Positions 12,719 through 30,300 of a DNA stretch of 64,000 nucleotides are shown here, in pieces. This DNA is from Octopus vulgaris (lineage: Eukaryota). The translations under genes were made by a program, and so were the position numbers. The first letter of the stretch is position 1. Every line of letters begins with the position of its first letter. The stretch spans positions 62,310,001 through 62,374,000 of the forward strand of contig OX597824.1 of the NCBI GenBank assembly GCA_951406725.2. The letters are read 5' to 3'. Below the pieces are notes generated by a model, which did no database searches, was not told the origin of the DNA, and was given only the letters and a program-made list of their open reading frames with translations.

Positions 12719-14468
12719 GTAAAATAACTATGCATACAAACTATAGATACATTTCTAGGTGTACATGCTCTAATACATGCTCAAATTTACGTGCGGTTTG
12801 ACGAGACTTACTCAAATATGGTTTCATACATTGAATTATAATATTATACTAAGTAAATATTACTATTTCTGAGAGTTTGAGTTTCACACAAATAGCGTTA
12901 TCTTGGGAGGATATCATTGAAATGAAAGCTTCATCGCATAAGTCAGTTTATTTAAAACTTGTTCAACTTTGGCGGTGTTCTGTTAGAGCGTGCATATGTT
13001 GATATTCCACCAATAATAAATGCCAGAGAGCAAGTGCAAATCTTCTAAGATTGAATATGATAGTCGTAACATGTTATGCTATGTGACATATTGATTGATT
13101 TCAACTGAACAGAGGTGTATGAATGTTATGTTGTGTAATATGATATCTTGAATTGTGCTAGTTTGATATATTGTAAGATTAACACGGACATCGACAGTGG
13201 AGTGTTGTGCAGTAAACAGGGTTTCATCGTTCGAAATACAAATATTTTCATAAATCACTGCTAGCAGAATGTAAAGGAGCGCTGGTACTCTACAGGTGAT
13301 GTAATTAATATTCTTACAACATACAAATTTTAATCGACTCTAATTTTCTTATAAACGTAATTATACTCCCATGTTTCCGCTCCATTATTTATATATAAAT
13401 AATTAGAAAATGGAGAAAACCATAGATTAACAAACACATCGATTAGACCACAATTATTGCTTATCTTTTAACACAAAGCATAACATAACAAAGTAAGTGA
13501 CGTAATATATCTTACGGCCGTTACTAATAGGCTACCAAAATGCAGTCTATAAATAAATGCAAGAATAAAGTTCTTCACCTTCATAGGGCATTCGAAATAA
13601 GGCAACGGATCTTCATTAGAGTGAAAAACAAGTTCATACAATATAAACAAAAGGAAGAAGGAAAAGAAACGGAAACATGGCATAGACAAATAGTCTTGAA
13701 GCCCAATATGTTAAGAGCAATTAATTTACCATCAGGGCAAAAGAGTGAGGTAGCAATGGTCTGGAGAGGGGTATCAGGATGTTTAAAAAAAGAAGTTATC
13801 AAGAAACTATATATAAAGAAAATACTAATATGGTTATCAAAGGTCAGTACCCATGCTACCGGAGTAAACTCAAGTAAAAGTAAACCATTATCGTAGGGTG
13901 CTTAAGAAAAATTTACTCACAGAAATTAATACCGAGAGTCCCACCTATGGTGCACGTTTGGGCAAGTCGAAGTCCAGCGGTCTTTACAATTGGTCAGTTA
14001 CAATTTGAACTGGGGTCACAAGTTAAAACCGTTACAAATGATTTGTTTATAAAATAAGCAAGAAAAGACAAAAGATATGGGGGAGAAGTCAATGAATAGA
14101 TAGCGTGGGGTCATTTACGTCCTTCAGTATCTTAACGTTAGAGCATGCATGAGAGAAGAATTAGGGAGATCTAAGGGATAGTGATTAAGGGGAGGCAACT
14201 AGTACTGGTAATTCAGCGGTTTAATAACAGCTACGAGGGAATGAAATTGGGGTAAACCTCGTATATAGCGAATTGTGGTAATAATTAGATATATACAGGT
14301 ACACAAGAAAAATCATCTCATAGGTGCTCAACAATGCACAAATAGAGAGGCACTTTCAATTAGGCGGGTAATATTTTAGGTGAAGTCACATGATGAAATA
14401 ATATCAAATAATGAAACACCGGGCAATGCAAAGTGCCTTTTGAATTGGCATTATCGGTTTGTTCATTT

Positions 14469-15010
14469 AGGCGCAGGTGTGGCTGTGTGGTAAGAAATTT
14501 ACTTTCACGTTACATGGTTCCCAGTTCAGTTTCACTGCGTGGCATATTTGTGAGCGTGGCAACTTGGACAGGTGTCTTCTACTATAGCCTCGGATCGACC
14601 AAAAACTTCTGAGTGGATTTGGTAGACGGAAACTAAAAGGAGGCTCTCCTGTGTTTGTGCGCGTGCGTGTGTATGTGTGGTGTGTGTCTCTGTGTGAGTG
14701 TGAATGTGTTTGTGCGAGTGTGTGTTTATGTGTACGTACGTGCGTGTATATGTGTGGGTTTCTGTGTGTGTGCTTCTGTGTGTCTGTGTCTATGTCTGTC
14801 TTTCTGTCTGTTTGGTCCCTTCCCACTGCTTGGCAACCGATGTTGGTGTACTTACGTCTACGTAACTCACGGTTCTGCCAAAAGTGACCGATGTAGCAAG
14901 TACCAAGTTTTAGAAACAGAAGTACTGGTGTCGATTCATTCGACTAAACTTCCTGAAGTCGGTGCCCCAGCAGGTCCGCAGTCTAATAACTGAAACTAGT
15001 AAAAGGTAAA
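14469..15010 (+). mobile_element. SINE S1, near full length, internal (TG)n
   Basis: tRNA-like head ggcgcaggtgtggctgtgtggtaagaa...ccagttcagtttc, CORE-like segment, TG-rich middle and a 3' part shared with other copies. Confidence 0.75.
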
Positions 15011-16208
15011 AGATTAAATGTAAATGTTTTAATTCATTCCTGGTAACATTTAAAAAAAATATTGAACTAAAACGTTTTCTAGACGGTATACTTATATTTA
15101 TTACATCAAACATAGACAGACTTACTCTGTATTTCACACATGGGCGCATTAAATATCTACGCACGTGCCTATGATTCAGTAACTAATTATTTGGTGTTCA
15201 CTTTTATTATCTGAATGAGTAGTTTGTTTTCCATGGGACAGTTTTGTTCTATACAACAGTATATCTTGTAGTAATTAAACTGAGCATGCAGTCACAGCCA
15301 GGGCGTTTTGTATGCGTTTATCTGTTGAAAGATATTTCATGTCATGATATTTGTGTACTTATTCGGAATATATACATATGTAATTATTCGGTATATTTAT
15401 GTTCTTATTCGGTATATATTAAATCATGATCTAAATTTCATCTAAAGATTAAGAGATGACAATTTCTCTGGTTGTGTTATCTGATTGTTCAGTTTTGTCA
15501 AACAAGTCTGTTATTGTACAATTAATATCTGATTGCACTAGACATCTATATTGATTGGAGTTCGCAAATATAACTGTTTCCTAAAACGGTCGATTGAAAC
15601 TGATTTCTGGTATGATCTCATTATGTGGTTCACTAGGTGCATATCTCCTTTCATAGCATCGTATTAAGTAAATCCCAATGACTGAAATTTGATAAAGAAT
15701 CTTGGTAAAGTAACCTTAGTGTGTCAACAGGCTTCACATAACCACTTGACGCCTATCGTTTTCATTAGAATTCTCACAGTTGGAAGGCTCAGAATATAAT
15801 GTTAACCTATGTCTGTATTATTCTACCAGTTACAGTAGTTATGGAACGTGCAATAGGTTCTTTGTTCATCCTCTGTGAAACATTCAGTACTGCATTAAGC
15901 TAATTTCACATCGTGAAGGGGCTATTGAAGATATAACAAATAACTGGAATTGATTGAAACAAATGAATTATATTAGAAAGGATACCGCCTCATTCAGTAA
16001 AGCTATTTAATAAATAACATTTATTTAATCTAAATCTCTCTAGATATATTTGAACAGAAAAAATGAAAGCTCATTTCGTTATTCTATAGCTCAAGGTCAT
16101 CAATAATCTTCTAAATTTAATGTATTTAGAGAATAGGAGTCTAATTGTAGAGATATTTAGACTTTAATAGTTAAAACAGTTAAAACGTGTGCTTTGGAAT
16201 AATCTCCT

Positions 16209-16259
<51 letters not shown>

Positions 16260-16344
16260 GTACATACATATGCATATATACGCATATAAACCTTCAGCCT
16301 GTTTCATTCATCCTTTCTCTTTCCCACCTCCCTCTCTGTATATA

Positions 16345-16376
<32 letters not shown>

Positions 16377-16378
<2 letters not shown>

Positions 16379-17727
16379 CTTTGATACTTTGATACTTTGA
16401 TAGGTTTCGGCCATTATTGGCCCAGGCCATGTCTAACTTAATAGCACCACCTGGTGAAGTCTTTCAAATCAGAATTTGGGCACTATGGCCCACTCAAGTA
16501 GAGAGTTATTGTTTACAGAGACATATCTGGGTGTAGGGGGTTTATCCGGGATTTCTTGAAGGAATCTGTCCAAAGACTTCTTGAACCCTATAGGGTCAGT
16601 TTCTGTTTTAATGTGTTTTGGTGTAATGTTAAAGAGAGCGGGGCCAATTGAGGTGAAATAATTGTGCCGTATTGTTGTTATGAGATGAGAGTGCGATTTT
16701 TCTTTTGGGCGGATGGCACGGGGCCCAAGCCTTGGATGTACCTTAAAGGTGATGCTAACATCATTTGGGCAATGCTGATGGAATATTTTCCACATCATGC
16801 AGATGATGTAGCGCTCACGACGACGTTGGAGAGAATAGAGTTTTAGCTTTTCTAGTCGACCCCAATAGTCGAGGCCTGTCATGCCATCTATCTTTTTTGT
16901 GATTGCCCTTTGAGGTGCTTCAACTTTTATGATACCTTGTATTGTGTGGGGAGACCACAGTGGACAACAGTATTCAAGGTGGGGTCGGGCAAAAGTGGAG
17001 AAGAGAAGGATAATGGTGTGGATATCTCTCGACTGGAACGTTCTGAGAATCCAGGAACACATTCTGCGGGCTATGTCAACTTTGGTGTTTATATGAGTGG
17101 CCCAGCTTATGTTGTTGTCCACAATTACTCCCAGGTCTCTGATGTTGTTGGACGCCGCGAGAGTTTCACCTGAAGGAAGGGAGTATGGGAGTTTCAGAGC
17201 ATCCTCTTTTCCAAAGTGGATTAGCTCAAATTTATCCTCGTTCAGCAGCATATTGTTTTTTTCTGCCCATTGGATAACAGCCAGTAGATCTGACTGAAGG
17301 CATGTCCGGTCACTCGCCTCATTTATGACCTTCTGTAGCTTGGAGTCATCTGCAAAGATTTTTATGTTGCTGTGCTTGATGATGTCATTAATGTCATTAA
17401 TGTAAATGATGAAAAGTAGTGGGGGCCTTGCCAGCACTAGTGCTTGATTTTACCCCTTCAACTACAACATGTTGAGATCTGTCTGTCAGGAAACACTTGA
17501 TCCATTTCAGTAACTTTCCAGAGACACCAATGTTGGATAGTTTTTTCAATAGGATCTTGTGATCGACCCTGTCGAAGGCCTTACTGAAATCAAGGTAGAT
17601 GACATCGGTGTTGGAGCCCTCTCCCAAAGCTCTCAAAATGTCCTCAAAGTGATGCAGGAGCTGCGTTAGGCAGTCCCTTCCATTACGGGACCCATGTTGG
17701 TTGGAGATCAGCCGTCTGTTGCTTTCT

Positions 17728-17728
<1 letters not shown>
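16377..17728 (-). mobile_element. 5'-truncated CR1-group LINE, near-identical to the 3' part of 57058-61677
   Basis: ORFs 16469-17437 and 17397-17804 match the RT C-terminal half almost residue for residue. Tandem (ATCAAAGT)x3 tail; (TA)n on both sides. Confidence 0.95.
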
Positions 17729-18025
<297 letters not shown>

Positions 18026-21000
18026 CCCTGATACCAGTAATATCGTATGAGATACGCAAAAGATGTAGTTCAAACATCGTTGCATTATATGAATCTCAGC
18101 GTCTCTATATATCAGCTCGATTTACCTTAGCAGATTAATGTTTATATTAAATTGAAGTGACGCTAACTGCAATAAACCAGAACAGAACATTCATTGTGTA
18201 TAATGAATAGAACTGTGAACTTGAACATGCTGGAGGTGAGGAGATAAATATTGTGCGATAGCAAGAACTGCAGATGTCCATTATAAACTGTGGTAGCAAC
18301 AGCAGCAGTCTGGGAAATATTCATGTCTCCATGAACTGCCAATTGAACTTAAACTGTCCCGAAAGGAATAAACCAATAAATTTATATGGAAATGATGAAA
18401 GATTGCAATGCGTTGTCATTCTGAAGCAAATATTAGAATGCATGAGATATGAATAGAAGTATTCCTTGCAATATGTTACTCTTCTTATTGCCTTTTTTTC
18501 TTTGGCTCAGATTATTCCCGCTCACGTACATCGGTAATCAAAAATATTCCAGACACGACCATTCTGCTTTGTTTCCAGATATATTATAATGTATCCACAC
18601 ATCACATTATCCACCGTCAGATTCTTTTACAAGCTGCTACGATACAATTGGATGATTTACTTGTTATTTCTAGATCACATAATTACATATTGCTTCTTTT
18701 CTCGAGTCACTCTATCCAATATATATAACGTTAATCTGGTCAATCAGTCGCATGGCGATGCATCACGATATTATTTGGGTTAATGCAGTCAGCCTTCTTC
18801 AGTCTATATTTGCGAGGGAGATATCATTTCAACACTACAAATCAGTGATTCATGTTTCTGTGCCAATGATCAATACCGGTATATGACGAACGCAATTTGT
18901 TCTGTGTATTTGTTTATTAGATATTTATATATCTCCACCACACTCACATCACAATGATGTTCGCAGATAAGCAACAGCGAGTATATTGTGTAGTAGTTAT
19001 TCTAATTCGAAATTGGTCAGCTGCACCTAAAAACTTCCAATGACTGTCTACTCGATTATGTTTTGGTGTATCTTACTACACTGTACAAAGATATTCGTAC
19101 AATAATTGAAGGTGTCCACTAAAACGTATTTTACATATTTGCTTACTTAGTCACAATTGCCAAACATATTTATTTATGATGACCAGCTCAGTCACATAAA
19201 GAATTTTAGAAGGTTGTACTTTATTATTTGATGTACATTTTCTGTTGAGCATGACACAGGTAAATGTTTACAAAAAACTCTGGCAAATATTTTAGTATCA
19301 ACACTGTGTACATGACTGACCTTACTCTCATGATATTGTTGAGTGCACTCATCCCTATCACATACAAAATGTATACAATACATATACACTCGCACACAAA
19401 CATGTATGTTTCTATGTCTGTCTGTCTCTGTTTGTCTTTCTCTGTCTCGCTGTCACTCTCTCTCTTTCTCTTATTTAACACATTTCCATTTATGTTGGAG
19501 AACGTTGACTCGAGCGTCAAAAACTTTTCTATTCTTTCCGAGCGTCAAACTAATACACTTGCGTGTTGTTCCTGAGCTGCCTTTGTCTTTCGTTTTCTGT
19601 ACATTTGAACCATATATACGTATACACGTACACAAGTACACACTCACCCACATTCACATACACGCACGGACATATAAGCGCGTGCGTACACACACATACA
19701 CACACGCGCAGGCAAGCACAGAAGCACGTACACACACACATATATATATGATGAATGTGCTGTATATATAGAATATACATACAAAAATATATGTAAAAAC
19801 AGATATAGATATACTACAAATAACATACCACGTAGAAATATTTCAGAAGTATCGTACAAGTATCATTGGTAAGTTTCTTGTGTATAAGGTAACATCGAAA
19901 TCACTTCCCATGTTTTATATATATTTGAGCTTCAGTATGACATTTGTTCCAAGAATACAAAGAATTCCTTTTCTTGGAAAAGGAAACGATTTTATCTAGA
20001 GATAACTTGTAGTTTAAGGCAATCGAGCAACTGACTTGCAATATGCAATTTAAGCTTAAGTATTTTAAATCAATTTAAGCTGTTAACTTCATGAAGGAAA
20101 TATCAATAACTCTTTTTCTTATAATACAGATTCTTCCTTCATTGTCAACAACAAATTAATATCATAGATAAGGTAAATTTGTCAACAACATGTCTGACAT
20201 TTAGATTAATTGCTTCATTCTCTAGAACTAGATACATACATGATGTTGTGTTAGTTTGAATAATTTCAGGAGAGAAAAATGTGCAACATATATCCATAGA
20301 TATACTTAAGGTTATCACGAGAATCTAGGAAAAATATATACCAGAGGCAGTTCTTTTACAACAGCAATGAACTAATATAATGATGAGTAACCTATTTAGT
20401 TCAGTGTAGATGAGACAACGCCGTTATAAATTTATTTGTGGGCCATTAACAACGCAAAACAAAGTTTACATTTTTGAAGAGGTCATACAATCTATCGCTA
20501 TTACAATAGCTTTTACAATATACGAATTCAGATAGTGAGATTTTGGATCAGTTTGATTTGATTATTTGAATCCTGAGGAATGTTTATTTTCTCAAAACAT
20601 GGCTTTCATATTAAAATAAAAGTTAAGTTGTAATGCGCAATCATTTCAAAAGAGGATCATTGATAAAAGGAAGTGAACTTACGAAAAGAAATCGAAACAT
20701 ACTCGATCTATTAACCGTTTCAGTGCTAAAACGTAGTTTGTCTCAAAAAGACTAGTCATTTTTTAACAAATTTACGCAAGAGGAGGTACGGAACTGTCAA
20801 TTTTATGGCTCTCAATTTTTGACTGAATGTTATTTAATCGCTCCCAGCAAAATGAAAAGCAAAGTAAATCTGTATGTGATTTGAACTGAGAACAAAACGG
20901 AGCACACACCCAAGCGACTTGCTGAGTTACTCTTCATGGTTCGACAGCATAATTCTTTAAAAGATAGGATAGAACATTATTTTTTACTCTCGATTTCATT

Positions 21001-21251
21001 TGCAAGTCATTTTGATATGGTAATTTTCGTGTGTGCGTCAGTTTGGGCATCATTCATGTCTTATCTTCCCTCTTAATGGAAATTTCGGATAGAAATCTTA
21101 TTTTACAGATAAGTATTTTTAGTAGTAATTACCATAAAACTTTTTTGAATACATCGTCCAATGTCACAGAGGGATGTTCATCTATTTGGCATAAGAATTG
21201 AAATGCATACGCAGTAATCAATAGTAATACACACACACGCACACACACACA

Positions 21252-21340
<89 letters not shown>

Positions 21341-22334
21341 ACATATATAGATATTCATACATATGTACAGATACTGATTGTGATGTATATGTATGCACGC
21401 ATGTGTGTTTGTTTATGCATAAAATGAAACAGACTTTATAAGCAGCAATTTCAGTTAAACGTGACAAATCTACTATACCTAAATGTATATGAGATGTAAT
21501 AAAGTCACAGAGAAATTAAATGACATCAATTAAATATATTCACAAAAAACATCTGAAGAGAAGATAACTGAGACTTTTCAAAGAAATTCACTGCCAGATT
21601 AAAAAGGGTTTTGTTCGTAACTGAAATATCAGAAGCAAAAGTTGTATATATATGCATATATATATATATGCATTCACCTCCTTTACAGCGAGATATTCTA
21701 TCTTCACTTTTTTTTTCTGTTTAATATTATTTCTCCACGATTTAATTTCACTGTCTCTAATATGATTATTATGGTATGGCTGCATTAGTATTCGTCCACA
21801 TATATACTGTAATGAGAGTATACGCCGAATTTTCATGGCCAGAGTTGTTAACATATTCGCTTCGCAGTGAGTCCTTAGATTCCATTTCAATGAAAAGTTT
21901 CTTGGGTATCTGCATTTTAGAGCAGGTTTTAGAGTACCCAAGCATTTTTAACGAAAATGTGTCTACGGAATCTGTTTGGTAGCTTGTCGGATGTGTTTTA
22001 CACTATCCCTAATATGAAATATTCTCGAATTTAACGAATAGATGATTCATATGCTCACGATTACATACGACTGAAGATACAAGAAACTATGATTAAATAC
22101 ACATACTAGTAGTAAGTATCAGGTCTTATCGTTTATCTAAGCCCAATTCAAATGAAGCTGACAAGCGATCAAAATAAAATCTATTTCTGTTAACGTTGAC
22201 TTTCTTTACAGACAATGTGTTTGAGAAAAACAATTAGCAGTGTAATCTTCACAATTTTGACAAAACCGTATGCACCCATACTATATGCATTATTTACATA
22301 GCCCACGCTCTTAACCACTACGCCATATGCCCGT

Positions 22335-22398
22335 GGGCATATGGCGTAGTGGTTAAGAGTGCGGGCTACAGACCCCAAGATTCAATTCAAGTCAGTGG

Positions 22399-22402
<4 letters not shown>
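22335..22402 (+). mobile_element. tRNA-like head of SINE-HHR element (family S3), 5' half of a split copy
   Basis: gggcatatggcgtagtggttaagagtgcgggctacagacccc (A-box TGGCGTAGTGG) followed by (AAT)n; homologous to 62720-62796. Confidence 0.75.
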
Positions 22403-22455
<53 letters not shown>

Positions 22456-22498
22456 TAATAATAATAATAATAACAGCATCAGCAACAACAACAACAAC

Positions 22499-22563
<65 letters not shown>

Positions 22564-22581
22564 GCATAATAATAATAATAA

Positions 22582-24329
22582 TACAGCTCCAAACAAAAGA
22601 GGGACTCGTCATAACCAAACCATCCCCATTAGAAGAGGAATATTCCAGGGAGACACGCTCTTTCCACTCCTTTTCTGCTTGGCACTGTCACCTCTATCGG
22701 ATATGCTAAACAGAACTGGATGCGGATATAAGTGTTACGACAAAACGATCAGCCACCTTTTATATATGGATGATCTAAAACTATACGCTACAAATGACAA
22801 ACATCTGTAATCACTTTTAAAGACAGTTTATGGATTCACCAAATAAATAGATATAAAATTTGGATTAGAAAAATGCGCCAAAGTAACCCTGAAAAGAGGA
22901 AAACTAGTTAAGAGTAGCAACATCACACTAAATAAAACCAATGAAATAAAAGAATTAGACCAAAGCCTAACTTACAAATACGTAGGAATCCATGAACTAG
23001 ATAAGACACAACACACACAAATGAAAGAGAAAATAAAAAAAAGAATATTATAGACGAGTTAGATCAATACTAAAAACAGAGCACAATGCTAAAAACAAGA
23101 TAATAAGTACTAACACTTTAGCCGTTCCAGTTATAAGTTACAGCTACAATAGCCTTAACTGGACGCTAAATGAACTGACGAAAATAGATAGGAAAACAAG
23201 AAAAATAATGACTGGATCTAGGATGCTTCACCCAAAATCTGACATAGAGAGGCTATATATACAACGTATAGAAGGTGGTAGAGGCCTTATAATACAGGAA
23301 ATCTACTATAAAATAACCACCATAGGACTGCAAAAATATCTACTTCAGAAGCAAGGAAAATAGCGGCAAAGCATGAGCAAAACAAAAAATTGTTCTCGGT
23401 ATTTAAGGAAGCTGACAAATACAAACAAGAAATCATACCACCTAACAAATATGAAGAAGAAGAAGAAGAAGTAGAAGAAGAAGAAGAAGAAGAAGAAGAA
23501 GAAGAAGAAGAAGAAGAAGAAGAAGAAGAAGAAGAAGAAAATACAACAAAAGCTAGAAAGCAAATGAAATCCAAACTAAAACTAGAACACTAGGGGACCT
23601 TGATAAAACGATGGCAAGAATAAACCCCTTCATGGCAAATACTAGGCTAAACTAAATGCAAATGCAAAATAGACAGATAAAAATCCCAGCAATGGTTGAG
23701 AAGATCAGGACTCAAATCAGAGGCTGAAGGATTTTTAATTGCAGCACAAGACAAAAGCCTCCCCACCAGAAATTACCAAAAACACATAATGAAAAGAAAC
23801 ATAACAAGTAACTGCAGAATATGTGGAGATAGACACGAAACAATGAATCATATTATCTGGGGCTGCCCAGTCCTGGTTAAGAAGGTTCATATTCACAAAC
23901 ACGACAGAGTTGGGACCTACATACACTGGAAGAAATGCCAACAATATGGAATAACAACGGAAAAAATGGTATAGGCACACGCCAGAAAAGGTCACGGAAA
24001 ACGAGAAAGCAACCATACTCTGATATATGCCAATACACACAGATAGAGAAATTAAGGCCCACAGACCAGATATAGTTGTCAGAGATCATCAATGCTTTCT
24101 AATTGATGTATCAATACCAGCAGATGACAACGCGTCTCTAAACACCAATACTTACAAATATATATAACATACAGAAAATTGCACTACTAGGCACTGCACA
24201 CATCCTACGCAGAACACTTTCAATACAGTAACCATCAGAGCATCACAGCAAATCACAGCACATACCCAAGGCACACAGAGCTGCGCTCGGTAGTGAAGTG
24301 AAAGCACTTTATAAAAATAAAACTACTGA
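22582..24329 (+). mobile_element. Dong/R4-like RLE non-LTR retrotransposon, family 1, 5'-truncated and decayed
   Basis: RT motifs GIFQGDTL and HLLYMDDLKLY, CRIC...H...C zinc knuckle, RPD motif; flanked by (TAA)n; homologous to 52915-55838. Confidence 0.9.
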
Positions 24330-24349
24330 ATAATAATAATAATTACAAA

Positions 24350-27140
<2,791 letters not shown>

Positions 27141-27157
27141 TGATGATGATGATGATG

Positions 27158-27227
<70 letters not shown>

Positions 27228-27240
27228 CAACAACAACAAC

Positions 27241-27390
27241 AATACCTTAGGAATGAGAACCCAGGTTCGAAATTTCCACAAGACACCTGATGAAGGCTGG
27301 AATGTATATCAGCCGAAACAAACAAGATGAGGACAAATATCCGTCAAATGTAAATAAGGTACATAATTCCTCATCTCTTAAATATAGAAC
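27241..27390 (+). mobile_element. SINE-HHR element S3, 3' half of the split copy
   Basis: aataccttaggaatgagaacccaggttcgaaat...CTGATGA-a-ggctg-(10 nt)-cagcc-GAAAC; homologous to about 62842-63008. Confidence 0.75.
27283..27319 (+). ncRNA. Hammerhead core lacking its 3' cleavage-site strand
   Basis: acac-CTGATGA-a-ggctg...cagcc-GAAAC, then about 14 nt missing relative to the 62889 copy. Confidence 0.55.
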
Positions 27391-30300
27391 AGCACCCATA
27401 CTATATATACTAATCAAATGTCACTTTCAGATTGAGTTCATCCTGCTCGCATCTGATATTTCGAAACAGACGCCTGTAGTGCAATATATCTACAGAGTGA
27501 CAGTGCACCACATTGCCAGGGCATGTGAGAATGCTTTTTGTGATCCTCAACTAGGTTGAGTCATGGTTCAACTAAAAATTCAGATCTGTCAATCTTGAGC
27601 AGTTCCTGAACCTACCTGTCCCACAGCCGTTTTATTTGTATGGAATACTGGAAAACAACGAATTTATACACCAAAACAGTGTTGAAAACACTTATTACCT
27701 AACCAAAGTTTCAGAATTCAAACAAAAATGAGGTTTCTTCATGCTATAAATTTCCTCTTTTCTTTCAGAACATGTCTAACTGATGTTCGCCTGGAATCAC
27801 TCAGGACAAATGATGTCCTGGCAATGGGTTTTGAAAATGATATGTGTGCCTCAAGGTCATGTTTCTCTAGCGAAAAAGAGAATGCCGTTTTTTCAATAAA
27901 GGTGTATCAATTCCTCAGGATTCTCGAGATTATCTCCCGCATTTAGTCTTTGTTGTTTAAAATAATGCCACTGGCTACTCTGAGGTTATTTTCGGTTCAT
28001 TTAGCTAAATGCATACATGCTGAAGCAAGCGTATGTGACTGTTGGCATGTAGGAGCGACGTTGCAAGTGAAGTAAGTTTCGAGTTCTGTGTTCGCACAGA
28101 GCGACTAAAGAAGGGATTCATGCCCTGCTCCTTCAGTGTACAAGAAACTTAAAAATAGAAGCCATAATAAGGATTGAAGTTGCTTCGGTAAATCGGTGAC
28201 TGCATGAATTAATTTTTTTTCTTTTTGAGATTATGGTATAGAATATGTAAGAGTACAGTGGCTGATTCATACACAAATGTACAGAAAATGAGCGTAAACG
28301 TCTTATTTTCCTTAGTAGTTCAGAGCTCAGAGTAGTTTCTGCTTCTAATGAAAAGAACTAAGTCATTCATATGTTTAGTCATAGATATGCTAATTTCATG
28401 TAATAACATAAAACATTTTGAGCGTTAGTATGTGTTGAATTAAGGTGTCAGCTGTTTAATTATGAGCAGATAGAGATGGTATTGTAGTTGTGATACTTTG
28501 ATGCTTAATATCCTGTTTTGAAAGTGTAATATAAACTATGATTAACCTTTTCAGAAACAAATTGCAATTCATGCGTTCATAGGGGATTGGAACTTGTGTA
28601 AACAACTCTCCTCGTAAAAATGTAATCGTAGATTTTCTTATATTTCAGAGCCCGGGTATATTTTAAACAAATCTCCCAATTGTCACATACCAATTATCTA
28701 TGTCATCCCCTTTCGAATTGGTGTTATGAATTTCTATTGAGAAGGGTGATAGAGAAACCTATCATAATCTGGTACTTATTTGAACTTAAGTGTATACAGC
28801 ATATACAGGCATCTTGTATATGAATTTGAAAAGCGGGAAATTTCACAAGCTGTGCCACTGAATTCCTAAAAATTGTAAGGGGGAATCTAGGCTGGAACCT
28901 TGCAAGTTGCAAAGTAAGTAAAGTCGGGTGTCTTTTACCTAGACAGTCCTGAAAGTTTTAGCTCCAACCTATTTATGGTTCTGATATTATGGGCTTTGAA
29001 AGAAGAGGCCCTCCCCGAATGGGATGATTTTACTAAATATGGAGACATATTTAAGCTGTAATATCTTCAGATTCAGAGTTTCATGCTTCGAAATTTGTAC
29101 ATGCAACCTACTCAGACATAGCGTTTATTGTAATATTCAGAGTTAAATCACGTGGTGTTAAACATTGAAAGTTTTTTTTTTACTCTAAAAATCTATATTC
29201 AGTTGATATTATTTCAAAACATATCTGAGAAAAAGAACGCTAGTATTCAGTAAGTTTGTATTTTCAAAGTATTATAAACATTCGTGTTTAAGTTTTGAAA
29301 GTATTTGACTTAATTCGCATTTCAACAATTTTTCTCATTTTAGCACACCCCTCCAACTGAAAACAAATGAGATCTTTCATCATTATTTAGTTGTAATGTA
29401 TTCCTGGAATAAGCTGCATGTACAATGCTTCAAGGTTTAAGAATGATTCAATCTCGAGATACAAGAGAGTTAATATAGTTCCTCAGCTAGTATAATTCGG
29501 CTCATTCCCCTATTTTGAATGTCTATAAATCACAAGTATATTTAGGAGCTGAAAGTTACACAATCAACTAAAAATCATTTTTGAGGTTTGAGTTATACAT
29601 GTATCAAATTAGACAGATGCATTTCCAGAGAACTAAAATCTACCTTAAATAGGAAAATACATGTATGTAATAGAAATATTCCATGTGCAGCGTAATTCGT
29701 TTAGAATCATGAATGCCATAAGACGATACAAGTCATTCAATACAGTATGATAGAAAGCATTGAATACAATATAGATAACATTTAGTTAAGATGGTCTACC
29801 GTACAATATCAATGGCAATAAAATCTATAGGTGCAGTGCACTTAATTTTTTATCAAAACATGACTATTTATCACAGAATGTAATAGGTCCACATTCTAAG
29901 AATTATCGGTAGTGGTGTAAATTGGAGTATATACAATTGGCTCATGATACTAGATTTATTTTCTCAGCGAAGACCTGACCCCTACATTATTAGAGCAACA
30001 ATGAAAATGTTAACAGAATATTTTATTGATGATCTGTATATTCCTGCCTCAAATGGGAGCCTGTTCTGAATCCAGAAATGGGAAATATTAATATATCATA
30101 TATCGCGTTAGAAACCATATGTTGTAATATTTGTGGAGCAGTATGTAGCAAATACGCAATTAAACCATATCAAGTTATCTCATTGCCTTGTTTTTTGCAA
30201 GGTTTCGCACGATAACAAATGTGTATTTGAAGAAATGCGCATTTAAAATGCAAATACGTTCTCCAAATGTACGGACATTGAAACCGCATATAAACGCAAG

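Noticed and set aside
13580-14450. Possible very old Penelope ORF remnant on the minus strand (CKDRWTSTCP, GKLIALNILG)
   Set aside because: Too degenerate to support by eye; needs a TBLASTN or HMM search.
22335-22402. tRNA gene (also 62720-62796 and 63905-63981)
   Set aside because: No complete cloverleaf or acceptor stem; continuous with repeated SINE bodies.
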